Below are positions 20,812-29,813 of a DNA stretch of 64,000 bases, one piece after another. This DNA comes from a virus (taxonomy: Duplodnaviria > Caudoviricetes). How positions within the stretch are numbered: position 1 is the stretch's first letter; every line of letters starts with the position of its first letter. A program made the position numbers and the translations under genes. Location: IMG/VR virus record IMGVR_UViG_3300047545_000339, positions 37,214 through 101,213 of that record. One strand, given 5' to 3'. A model generated the notes under the pieces. That model was not told the origin of the DNA, searched no databases, and saw only the letters and a program-made list of their open reading frames with translations.

Positions 20812-23800
20812 TTGTACGTTCCACTTCACGTTCATACACACTATAGCCAGATGGATGGTGTAGCAACACCAGAAGAATACGTTCGTCGTGCTGTAGAAGT
20901 TGGTATGCCAGGAATTGCCATCACAGACCATGGAACACTGTCTGGACACAGACCAATGTACCGTGCTGCAAAGTCTGCTGGAATCAAGCCAATCCTTGGT
21001 ATTGAGGGGTATATTACGGGTGATAGATTTGACAGAAGAGACAAGTCTGAAAGAACAACTCCATTAGACTTAGTTTATAATCACATTGTTATTCTTGCTA
21101 AGAACAACGAGGGTCTTGAAAATCTTGGCAAACTTAATGAGATAGCATGGAATGAAGGCTTTTATAGGAAGCCAAGAATAGACTTTGAAATCCTTGATAA
21201 GTATGGCGATGGACTTATTGTTTCTTCAGCCTGCATGTCTGGTCTTATTAATAAGGCAATTGAAGCAGATGATTATGCTGTGGCAAAGCAACATCTTCAG
21301 TGGTTTGGAGACAGGTTTGGGGAAGACTTTTATGTTGAGGTTATGCCACATAATCCTCCAGAGATGAACAAGGCTTTAGTAGAATTAGCAGATGCTGGCG
21401 GGTATAAGATTGTTGTAACCCCAGATTGTCATCATGCAACAGTAGACCAAAAGGTCATTCAAGAAATGATGCTCATCCTTAATACTCATGCTAAGTTAGA
21501 AAAAGATATTTCATATGAAAAGTCAAAGAAGTTTGACAATATGATGGATCGTCTTGACTACCTTTATGGCAAGGATCGTATGATGAGTTTCAACAAGTTT
21601 GACATTCATCTTCTTTCTTCAGAAGAGATGGAAGAATCCATGAACAATAATGGTGGATTCCGTCAGGATATGTTTGATAACACTATGGAAATTTTCAACA
21701 AGGTTGAGGATTATGATATTAAGCGTAACCTAAATCTACTTCCTGTAGAGCACCGTGATCCCGATGCTCAGATTAGAAAGTATGCAGAAACTAGTCTTAT
21801 AGCCAAGAATCTGCATACTAATCAGGAGTATGTAGATCGCCTAGAAGAAGAACTAAACATTATTGCTCAAAAGAAGTTTGCCTCATACTTTATTGTTGTT
21901 CAGAACATGCTTAATTGGGCAAAGAAGAATGACATCATGGTTGGCCCAGGTCGTGGTTCATCTGCTGGCTCCCTTGTTTGTTATTTACTAGGTATTACAG
22001 ACATTGATCCACTAAAGCATGGACTACTATTCTTCCGATTTATTGACATTGACCGCGATGACTGGCCCGATATTGATTCAGATATTCAGGATAGTCGCCG
22101 TGAAGAGGTAAAAGATTATCTAGAAAGGCAGTATCGACATGTCGCAAGTATTGCAACATTCCTACAGTTCAAAGATAAGGGAGTCATCAGAGACATTAGT
22201 CGTGCTCTCAACATTCCATTGTCTGATGTTAACCGTGCGCTTAAGGCAGTGGATACTTGGGAGGAATATCTAACCTCTAGAAATACAGCATGGTTCCGTG
22301 AAAAGTATCCAGAGGTTGAGCAGTATGGAGATCAGTTGCGTGGACGTATTCGTGGGACAGGAATTCACGCTGCTGGAGTCGTAACATCTAAGATGCCCAT
22401 ATCCAAGATAGCACCTATGGAAACACGCTCTGTAACAGGTTCAGAGGGTAGAATCCCTGTAGTTGCGGTAGACATGGAGGAGGCAGCAGACATTGGTCTA
22501 ATTAAGATTGATGCCTTGGGTCTCAAAACTCTTACTGTAATTAATGACACTCTTAATATTATTGAAGAAAGAAAAGGAAAGAAGCCAGATCTTCATGAAA
22601 TTAATATGGAGGATAAAAACATTTACGCTATGCTTTCTGACGGATACACAAAGGGAGTTTTTCAGTGTGAGGCTACCCCATATACAAATCTTCTTGTAAA
22701 AATGGGAGTTAATAAATTTGATGAGCTTGTTGCTTCTAATGCGTTAGTTCGTCCAGGAGCTATGAATACTATTGGTAAAGATTACATTGAAAGAAAAAGG
22801 GGTAAGCAAAGTATTGCTTATTCAAGCCCAATTCTTAAAGAATTTACCGAAGATACATACGGTACAATTTTGTATCAAGAGCAAGTCATGCTTGCTTGCG
22901 TTAAACTTGGTGGCATGACCATGGGTGAGGCCAACAAGGTTCGAAAGATTATTGGTAAAAAGAAGGATGCGAAGGAGTTTGACGAATTCAAAGACCTATT
23001 CATTAGGAATGCTACTGGGCCGCTTGGTGGGGCTGCTGCTGAAAAAATGTGGCATGACTTTGAGGCACACGCAGGATACTCGTTTAATAAGTCTCATGCT
23101 GTGGCTTACTCAACACTCTCGTACTGGACGGCATGGTTAAAGTATTATTATCCACTAGAGTTCATGTTTGCCCTTCTTAAGAACGAGAAGGATAAGGATG
23201 CTCGTACAGAATATTTGATTGAGGCAAAGCGCATGGGCATTCCATTGAGACTACCACATATCAATGATTCTGATACTGACTTTAAAATTGAAGGGAAAGG
23301 AATTCGTTTTGGGTTGGCGGCAATTAAGTTTATTTCTGATAAGATCGCTGGAAGATATATTGAAGGAAGGCCATTCCACTCTTATAAAGAAGTTGAAGAA
23401 TTTACCTTTACTAAAGGAAACGGAGTAAATAGTAGGGCGCTATCATCCTTGAATGCAGTTGGCGCACTAACATTTCCAGACAATCCTAGGGATGATGAAA
23501 AGGTTCGTGAGAATCTTTATGAATACCTAAATCTACCAGAATTTACCAATGATATTCCACAGCATTATCATGCCTATATAAACAGTGTTGATGAGTTTGA
23601 TGAGAAGGGTGTATTTATTCTCATGGGAGTAGTTAGAGGTATAAAGCGTGGAAAGGGCTGGAGCAGAGTAGAAGTACTAGATAGTACAGGATCGATTGGA
23701 ATATTTGATGATGAAGAAACTAAGATTGAAGCAGGTAGAACTTATATTATTCTTGTTGGATCTAACAGAATTATGGAGGCAATTCCTGTGGAAGAGATAC

Positions 23801-24087
23801 AGAGCAGCAAGTCAGCGCTCGTAAAGTTTCTTAACTATAAACAGTTGCCATATGGCCCAGATGAGCATTATGTGCTATCCTTTAGGCCAAGAGTAACAAA
23901 GGCTGGAAAAAGAATGGCATCGTTAGTTGTTGCAAATCATGAAAGAGAACTGTCGTCTGTGATAGTATTCCCGACAGCATTTGCCATGGCATATACAAGA
24001 ATAGAAGAAGGAAAAGCCTTTAGTATGGAATTTAGCAAAACAAAAGAAGGAGATATTACATTGAAAGAGGTAACCAGTGCAGTTTGA
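20812..24087 (+). CDS. dnaE: DNA polymerase III alpha subunit (TTG start)
   Basis: PHP 'LHVHTHYS..DG', 'AITDHG', 'GPGRGSSAGS', 'PDIDSD', 'GYSFNKSHA'; GAAAGG RBS. Confidence 0.96.
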   Translation: MYVPLHVHTHYSQMDGVATPEEYVRRAVEVGMPGIAITDHGTLSGHRPMYRAAKSAGIKPILGIEGYITGDRFDRRDKSERTTPLDLVYNHIVILAKNNEGLENLGKLNEIAWNEGFYRKPRIDFEILDKYGDGLIVSSACMSGLINKAIEADDYAVAKQHLQWFGDRFGEDFYVEVMPHNPPEMNKALVELADAGGYKIVVTPDCHHATVDQKVIQEMMLILNTHAKLEKDISYEKSKKFDNMMDRLDYLYGKDRMMSFNKFDIHLLSSEEMEESMNNNGGFRQDMFDNTMEIFNKVEDYDIKRNLNLLPVEHRDPDAQIRKYAETSLIAKNLHTNQEYVDRLEEELNIIAQKKFASYFIVVQNMLNWAKKNDIMVGPGRGSSAGSLVCYLLGITDIDPLKHGLLFFRFIDIDRDDWPDIDSDIQDSRREEVKDYLERQYRHVASIATFLQFKDKGVIRDISRALNIPLSDVNRALKAVDTWEEYLTSRNTAWFREKYPEVEQYGDQLRGRIRGTGIHAAGVVTSKMPISKIAPMETRSVTGSEGRIPVVAVDMEEAADIGLIKIDALGLKTLTVINDTLNIIEERKGKKPDLHEINMEDKNIYAMLSDGYTKGVFQCEATPYTNLLVKMGVNKFDELVASNALVRPGAMNTIGKDYIERKRGKQSIAYSSPILKEFTEDTYGTILYQEQVMLACVKLGGMTMGEANKVRKIIGKKKDAKEFDEFKDLFIRNATGPLGGAAAEKMWHDFEAHAGYSFNKSHAVAYSTLSYWTAWLKYYYPLEFMFALLKNEKDKDARTEYLIEAKRMGIPLRLPHINDSDTDFKIEGKGIRFGLAAIKFISDKIAGRYIEGRPFHSYKEVEEFTFTKGNGVNSRALSSLNAVGALTFPDNPRDDEKVRENLYEYLNLPEFTNDIPQHYHAYINSVDEFDEKGVFILMGVVRGIKRGKGWSRVEVLDSTGSIGIFDDEETKIEAGRTYIILVGSNRIMEAIPVEEIQSSKSALVKFLNYKQLPYGPDEHYVLSFRPRVTKAGKRMASLVVANHERELSSVIVFPTAFAMAYTRIEEGKAFSMEFSKTKEGDITLKEVTSAV

Positions 24088-24412
24088 TCTAGATGATATA
24101 GCACATACAATTCACTCAAATGCAGTAGAAAAAGGCTTTTGGGAAGCAAATACAGAGGAGAACAGAACTATCTTCTATCTAAAGCAATTGGCAATGATCC
24201 ACTCTGAGGTATCAGAGACCTTAGAGGCAATTCGTAAAGAAAAGGGCCATGAGGTTGTAGTAGAAGAATTGGCAGATATTATTATTCGCGTTCTGGATCT
24301 TTGGGCAGGAATGTCGTGGGATCAATATACAAATAAATCCCTTAAAAACTCAATTGCAGAAAAGGTAGAGAAGAATCGTTCTCGTCCAAAGATGCACGGG
24401 GTGTTGGCATAG
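24077..24412 (+). CDS. MazG-like nucleotide pyrophosphohydrolase
   Basis: 'IHSEVSE.LEA...EELADIIIRVLD'. Confidence 0.85.
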   Translation: MQFDLDDIAHTIHSNAVEKGFWEANTEENRTIFYLKQLAMIHSEVSETLEAIRKEKGHEVVVEELADIIIRVLDLWAGMSWDQYTNKSLKNSIAEKVEKNRSRPKMHGVLA

Positions 24413-25431
24413 TGTCAGAATTAATGACAACAGAGGAAGTATTGTCCCAACTTAATCCTAAGTTGAGGAAGAAGATTTCTCTTGGATCTGAAATTGAAAA
24501 GACTACCTATGCACAAACCCCAAGTTTTGGCCTTAACAGGGCTTTAAACGGTGGTCTGCCATATGGAAGACAAGTCCTGGTATGGGGCAATAAGTCTGCT
24601 GGAAAGTCCTCATTTTGCCTACAAACGATTGCTAAGGCACAACAAGAAGGAAAGGTGTGTGCATGGATAGATGCAGAAATGTCGTATTCTCCAGAATGGG
24701 CATCCACGCTAGGAGTGGACAGTTCTCTTCTTATTCACTCTACAGCAAGAACAATAAACGATATGGTAGATGTTGGTACAGATCTAATGGCAGCAGGAGC
24801 AGATATAATTGTCGTGGATAGTATCTCAGCACTTCTTCCAGCAATTTATTTTGAAAAGGACTCAACTGATTTAAAGCAGTTAGAGAACACAAAGCAAATT
24901 GGCGCGGAAGCAAGAGATATGACTAATGCTGTCAAGATGCTTAACTATGCAAACAATCAAGTAAAGCCAACACTTCTTATCCTAATTTCTCAGGCTAGGA
25001 ATAATATTGGGGCAATGTATGTCTCTCAGCAACCAACTGGCGGAATGGCAACTAAGTTTTATTCGTCTACCATCGTTAAATTATTTTCCTCTGAATCTGA
25101 TAATCAGGCTATTAAGGGAAAAATATATGTTGGAGATAAAATAATTGAAGAAAAGATTGGTAGAAAGGTAAGATGGGACGTTCAGTTTTCAAAGACGAGT
25201 CCAGCATTCCAGTCAGGGGAGTATGACTTTTATTTCAGGGGAAATGATATAGGGATTGACTCAATAGCAGATCTTGTTGATACCGCAGAAATGCTTGGGC
25301 TTATTGAGAGGGCTGGAGCATGGTATACAGTTGAGGGAGAAAGATACCAAGGAAGAGAAAAGCTAGTGCTTGGCGTTAAAGAAAACTTAGATCTACAAGA
25401 TCTTCTCATAGAAAAAATAAAGAATGCCTAG
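24412..25431 (+). CDS. recA: RecA-like recombinase
   Basis: 'GGLPYGR', Walker A 'GNKSAGKS', 'WIDAE', 'VVDSI', 'GAWY'. Confidence 0.93.
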   Translation: MSELMTTEEVLSQLNPKLRKKISLGSEIEKTTYAQTPSFGLNRALNGGLPYGRQVLVWGNKSAGKSSFCLQTIAKAQQEGKVCAWIDAEMSYSPEWASTLGVDSSLLIHSTARTINDMVDVGTDLMAAGADIIVVDSISALLPAIYFEKDSTDLKQLENTKQIGAEARDMTNAVKMLNYANNQVKPTLLILISQARNNIGAMYVSQQPTGGMATKFYSSTIVKLFSSESDNQAIKGKIYVGDKIIEEKIGRKVRWDVQFSKTSPAFQSGEYDFYFRGNDIGIDSIADLVDTAEMLGLIERAGAWYTVEGERYQGREKLVLGVKENLDLQDLLIEKIKNA

Positions 25432-25579
25432 ATACTCTGTATATAAAGGAATATTCTTGTGTCAAAAATGTAAAGAAGAAGTTGCAGAGTCTAGATTCTA
25501 TGGCCACTCTTACGATCTAACTTGGATGTGTAGTAATAAACATCTATCAAAAGTAAGCCTATATCAAAAGGGATACTAG
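25424..25579 (+). CDS. Small Zn-ribbon protein (not in ORF track)
   Basis: MPRYSVYKGIFLCQKC...WMCSNKH..., 51 aa, overlaps recA stop. Confidence 0.55.
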   Translation: MPRYSVYKGIFLCQKCKEEVAESRFYGHSYDLTWMCSNKHLSKVSLYQKGY

Positions 25580-25674
25580 GTTGACTGAAACTGGATTATA
25601 TATAGTATGCCCAATATGTGGGTTTATTAGATCTAATGTGAGCCCAGAAAAACATATTGAGGAGGTGCATAAAA

Positions 25675-25974
25675 ATGAGCGAGCGTAGTGAATCAAAAAG
25701 AATAGGTGCCCAACAACATAAGAACAGCGGTCGTGGGAATAAAAAAGGAGATGCAACATGGAAAAATTATGTTGTAGATTTTAAAGAATATGGCAAGAGT
25801 TTTAGTTTAAGTCAAGATGTTTGGGCTAAGGCTGTAACAGATTGTATGAAGGTAGATAGAACAAAGTCTCCAGCAATTATCGTAGTTCTTGGCGAGGGAA
25901 GTCGCAAAATTAGGCTAGCCGTGATAGAATTAGACGAATTAGAAAGGCTAACAGAAAATGATAACAACGATTGA
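25675..25974 (+). CDS. Holliday junction resolvase-like PD-(D/E)XK nuclease
   Basis: 'NSGRG..KGDA....VVDFKE'; GGAGG RBS supports start 25675. Confidence 0.7.
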   Translation: MSERSESKRIGAQQHKNSGRGNKKGDATWKNYVVDFKEYGKSFSLSQDVWAKAVTDCMKVDRTKSPAIIVVLGEGSRKIRLAVIELDELERLTENDNND

Positions 25975-26281
25975 GTTAGTAAACGAAGTTGCTGAGTTCT
26001 CTGATATATCGGAGATTATGAATGATGAACAACTTACAGATGCACTTGGAATTATTGTTAAGCTAATGATGACTCCAGATGTACCACCACAGAAAGCGGT
26101 AGGTCTTATAGTTCAATTAGAAGCATATGCGGCAAAGTTTAAGATGCTTGCTTCGTACTATACAAATGTAAAGAAAGATGATCGTGCAAAGAAAAATCTA
26201 TACTATTCCGCTAACGAGGCGGTACAAAGACTGGTAGATAGTCTAAAGTATAGTGCTAAACTAGGGAGTTATTATGGCTAA
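25958..26281 (+). CDS. Hypothetical helical protein
   Basis: 107 aa coupled ORF. Confidence 0.55.
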   Translation: MITTIELVNEVAEFSDISEIMNDEQLTDALGIIVKLMMTPDVPPQKAVGLIVQLEAYAAKFKMLASYYTNVKKDDRAKKNLYYSANEAVQRLVDSLKYSAKLGSYYG

Positions 26282-27044
26282 AAATTTTTTAAAGCAAGTA
26301 ATGGATAAACAACCAGAAGGTCCAATTGATACTAAAGAACTTATTGCAAAAATTGAGTCTGGGTATTTAGTTGGAAGAGATCCAAAGTTCGTACAGAAGA
26401 AAACCTTTAGTCCATCGACTCTAGTTTATGGCAACGGAGCATGTCCAAGATACTGGTACATGGCTTGGACTGGTGCTGAATTTGAGGATGATGCTGATGC
26501 ATATGCTGTAGCAAATATGGGCAGCGGAACAGATGCTCATGAAAGAATCCAGACAGCAATTGAAAATGCTGGAATTATGGTAGAGAAAGAAAAAAGAATT
26601 ATTGCATCAGATCCACCAATCTTCGGCTTTGCTGATGCCATTATTCAGTGGAAAGAAGAACAGCCCGTAGTTGAAATTAAGACCATGAGGGAGGAGTCTT
26701 TTGCGTATCGAAAGCACGCAAAGCCACCAAACTATCACTTAATGCAACTTATTATTTATATGAAGGTTCTGGGTAAAAAACTTGGAGTTCTTCTTTATGA
26801 GAATAAGAATAGTCATGAACTACATGCTATTACTGTTGAGCCTACAGAGGAATACAAAGTATGGGGAGATTATGCATTTAGTTGGATGAAGAGGGTAAGA
26901 AAGTCTTGGGAAGATGGAATACTTCCACAAAAGCCATATAGGTCTAATTCCAAAGTATGTAAGACATGTCCAATCCAAAAGGCTTGTGCAGCAGCAGATA
27001 AGGGTAAGGTAAAAGTAGAACCTTTGGAGTATCTTGGATCATGA
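26274..27044 (+). CDS. Cas4-like exonuclease (phage, non-CRISPR)
   Basis: 'CPRY', 'GTDAH', 'GFAD', 'VEIKT', 'QLIIY', C-terminal CKTCP...C cluster. Confidence 0.88.
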   Translation: MAKNFLKQVMDKQPEGPIDTKELIAKIESGYLVGRDPKFVQKKTFSPSTLVYGNGACPRYWYMAWTGAEFEDDADAYAVANMGSGTDAHERIQTAIENAGIMVEKEKRIIASDPPIFGFADAIIQWKEEQPVVEIKTMREESFAYRKHAKPPNYHLMQLIIYMKVLGKKLGVLLYENKNSHELHAITVEPTEEYKVWGDYAFSWMKRVRKSWEDGILPQKPYRSNSKVCKTCPIQKACAAADKGKVKVEPLEYLGS

Positions 27045-27331
27045 AGTCTTGCGCTTGGTGTACAAATGAATTTGATCCTTCTGTAAGTTATCAAATTTAT
27101 TGTTGTTCAAATTGTCGAGAGCAAGCAACAAAAGAAAAAATTTCTGAGCGATATCAAATAAATAGAAGAAAGAATAGAGCAAAAAAGGATCGTCGCTGTA
27201 GCGGAGGTTGCGGAACACTAATTAGCATCTATAATGAAAATGGATATTGTAACATATGCATGGTAAATAGACGCAAAGTAGATAAAACATTAAAAGAATT
27301 AAAGGATTTTTTTGATTATGAGCAAAAGTAG
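27041..27331 (+). CDS. Zn-finger protein
   Basis: CAWC...CSNC, CSGGC...CNIC. Confidence 0.6.
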   Translation: MKSCAWCTNEFDPSVSYQIYCCSNCREQATKEKISERYQINRRKNRAKKDRRCSGGCGTLISIYNENGYCNICMVNRRKVDKTLKELKDFFDYEQK

Positions 27332-27914
27332 ATTAACAGATATAGCAAAGATAAATGCCCCAGATAGCTTTTGCTGTATTGATGCGAGCACAAATAGTAT
27401 GGCCTTTGCCATGTTTGTTGATCAAAAATTAGAAAGTTATGGCAAGATAACCTTTTCTGGAGATACTATTTACGATAAGATAGGTGACACTGCACAAAAA
27501 GTAAAAGGATTCTTCTTGGCTTATCCAGTAAAAACTATACTGATTGAAAAAACTATTTTTGCCAACAGTCCACTTGTTGCAGCAAACCTTGCACTAAGTC
27601 AGGGGGCACTTATAGGTGCATCAAAACTTGGTGGAGTAGAAAAAATTTATGGAGTAACTCCAATAGCGTGGCAATCATTTATTGGAACAAGACTTCTTAC
27701 TCAAGATGAAAAATCTGCTATAAGAAAGAAAACCCCAGGAAGATCAAACTCTTGGTATAAAAATCAAGAAAGAGAAAAAAGAAAGAATAAAACAATCTTT
27801 ACAGTCAACAATGAGTTTGACATTAATATTTCAGACAACGATGTGGCTGATGCCTGCGGCATTGGGATGTATGCCCTTAAAAATTGGATAAAGGTAATAA
27901 AAGATGAGAAGTAA
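27318..27914 (+). CDS. RuvC-like resolvase
   Basis: 'CIDAST', 'ILIEK', 'DVADACGIG'. Confidence 0.82.
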   Translation: MSKSRLTDIAKINAPDSFCCIDASTNSMAFAMFVDQKLESYGKITFSGDTIYDKIGDTAQKVKGFFLAYPVKTILIEKTIFANSPLVAANLALSQGALIGASKLGGVEKIYGVTPIAWQSFIGTRLLTQDEKSAIRKKTPGRSNSWYKNQEREKRKNKTIFTVNNEFDINISDNDVADACGIGMYALKNWIKVIKDEK

Positions 27915-28053
27915 GGGACTCCATCTATCTGAGACATATATGCGTAAGAGATACATCCTTGATAAAAAGTCTCCAGAGGATATTGCGAAAGAATGTGGAG
28001 TAAGTGTACAATTGATCTATCGTCAACTAAAAAAGTTTGGATTAAGGAAATAA
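27904..28053 (+). CDS. Small HTH protein (not in ORF track)
   Basis: 'KSPEDIAKECGVSVQLIYRQLKKFGL', 49 aa. Confidence 0.7.
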   Translation: MRSKGLHLSETYMRKRYILDKKSPEDIAKECGVSVQLIYRQLKKFGLRK

Positions 28054-28054
28054 T

Positions 28055-28285
28055 ATGAGTGATATGGTAAATAATCCACAACACTATACATGGCACCCAT
28101 CTGGAATAGAAACTATACAGATTACAGAACACATGAATTTTTGTTTGGGAAATGCTATAAAATATATTATGAGATCTGACCATAAAGGTAAAAAGATAGA
28201 AGATCTAAAGAAAGCTATCTGGTACCTTAATCGTGAAATAGAAAGATTGGAGAGGGTTGATGGGACGAAAGAAAAAAGTAACTAG
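28055..28285 (+). CDS. DUF3310-type protein
   Basis: 'VNNPQHY...IETI...FCLGNAIKY..R...K...EDLKKAIWYL'. Confidence 0.85.
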   Translation: MSDMVNNPQHYTWHPSGIETIQITEHMNFCLGNAIKYIMRSDHKGKKIEDLKKAIWYLNREIERLERVDGTKEKSN

Positions 28286-28562
28286 CCCACTTGGTCACCT
28301 TTATCATCGTGAGCCATTTTTTGCAATAGAAGGTGGAAGAGTAATTGAACGTGGAGAAATTATTAAGATCAAGGGCGTTCATGGAACAAAGTTTATGTTC
28401 AAGCAATATACAAGACGCACCGATACTGGAATAGACTGGATTGATTGCTATGAGTTAGATCGTGGCACTATGTGTGGAGAAAGATCTTTTAGAACTGATC
28501 GTATAAAGCCACTTCCAAAGACTCGTAGAAATAAAAAAATAAAAAATACTGATTCACAGTAA
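28257..28562 (+). CDS. Hypothetical protein
   Basis: 101 aa coupled ORF. Confidence 0.5.
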   Translation: MMGRKKKVTSPLGHLYHREPFFAIEGGRVIERGEIIKIKGVHGTKFMFKQYTRRTDTGIDWIDCYELDRGTMCGERSFRTDRIKPLPKTRRNKKIKNTDSQ

Positions 28563-28650
28563 ACATAATAATAGTTTTTAACCCATAAGCATTGTAGGGT
28601 GTAATAATTTGTGATACCCTAGAATAGTTGCCGCCGCAAGGAGGAAACAG

Positions 28651-29205
28651 ATGACGAAAACGAAACTGCTAGGAGGTGTGATGATGGCGATGGTAGTGAC
28701 TCTGGGACTTACGGGGTCTGTTTCTGCCTCACCTAGCACCCCTACCGAAACGGTGTATGCTAAGTCAAATGCACCCATTGCGACGGAGGCTTTGGAAAAG
28801 CCTGTCGTTACAAACAAGGCTGAGACAAAGCCAAACAAAAAGAAAGAATGCAAAAACTGGTTAGTGAAAGAACTTCACAAAACTGGTTTCCGTGGCAAGA
28901 ACCTCAGGGAAGCCTGGGCTATAGTCATGCGTGAGAGTGGTGGAAGAGAAGATGCCATCTCTTCAACAAATGACTATGGAATGTTTCAATTCAATCAAGC
29001 TGCTTGGTCAGGGCAAGATTGGTGGGACAGCAAGAAACTCTTAACACGCGAATACAATGCTAAGGTTGCGTATCGCATTTCTCGTGGAGGAAAGACATGG
29101 TATCCATGGGATATTGATGGCCAAGGTCGTCACAAGGGGGCGTATACGTCCTCTGGAACATATAACACTTATTTAAAGTGGTATAACAAGTATCCATGTA
29201 AGTAG
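28651..29205 (+). CDS. Secreted lysozyme-like transglycosylase
   Basis: Signal peptide; 'AIVMRESGG', 'DYGMFQFN', 'WYPW'; AGGAGG RBS. Confidence 0.8.
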   Translation: MTKTKLLGGVMMAMVVTLGLTGSVSASPSTPTETVYAKSNAPIATEALEKPVVTNKAETKPNKKKECKNWLVKELHKTGFRGKNLREAWAIVMRESGGREDAISSTNDYGMFQFNQAAWSGQDWWDSKKLLTREYNAKVAYRISRGGKTWYPWDIDGQGRHKGAYTSSGTYNTYLKWYNKYPCK

Positions 29206-29297
29206 CAGCAGCGGTGGGGTGGGAAACCGAAATAAATGTAGGTGGCAACATTCCTACCCCATCACTGCTATAATTGTTGTCCAAAGGAAAAAGGATT

Positions 29298-29813
29298 ATG
29301 GACAAAGATATTGTACTGCATTTAGAAGAAATAAATAAAGTTGCTGCTGAATACATTAAGGGCAATGATGAAAGCACAATTTCAAAATCATTAGACATTC
29401 CTCGTAATAGGGTAGTAGGACTACTTAACGAGTGGCGAGGAATGATCTCAAACAATGAAGTAATTCGTGCAAGAGCAAAAGAAGCACTTGCTGGAGCAGA
29501 TCAGCACTATAATCATTTAATTAGAAAAGCATATGAGGTAATTGATGATGCTGATCAAACACAAAACCTTGGTGCAAAGACGAATGCCCTAAAACTTATT
29601 CTTGATATAGAAAATAAAAGAATGGACATGCTTCAAAAAGCTGGGCTTCTTGAGAATAAAGAACTTGCAGATCAATTAATTGAGCAAGAAAGAAAGCAAG
29701 AAATTTTGCTGGGAATTCTTAAAGAGGTAGTGGGTAACTGCAATAGTTGTAAAATTGAAGTAGCAAAAAGACTTGCTGGGTATGGTGGACCAAATGAGGC
29801 AGTTACGCTATGA
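29298..29813 (+). CDS. Putative terminase small subunit (N-terminal HTH)
   Basis: HTH-like then coiled coil; ATGA-coupled to the large terminase. Confidence 0.55.
   Translation: MDKDIVLHLEEINKVAAEYIKGNDESTISKSLDIPRNRVVGLLNEWRGMISNNEVIRARAKEALAGADQHYNHLIRKAYEVIDDADQTQNLGAKTNALKLILDIENKRMDMLQKAGLLENKELADQLIEQERKQEILLGILKEVVGNCNSCKIEVAKRLAGYGGPNEAVTL

Noticed and set aside
26274-27044. Cas4-like gene as evidence of a CRISPR system
   Set aside because: Sits in the recombination module with RecA and RuvC; stand-alone Cas4-like nucleases are ordinary in actinophages; no array or cas1 seen.
28563-28650. c-di-AMP riboswitch upstream of the transglycosylase
   Set aside because: Intergenic space is short and AT-rich and the expected conserved segments are not visible.
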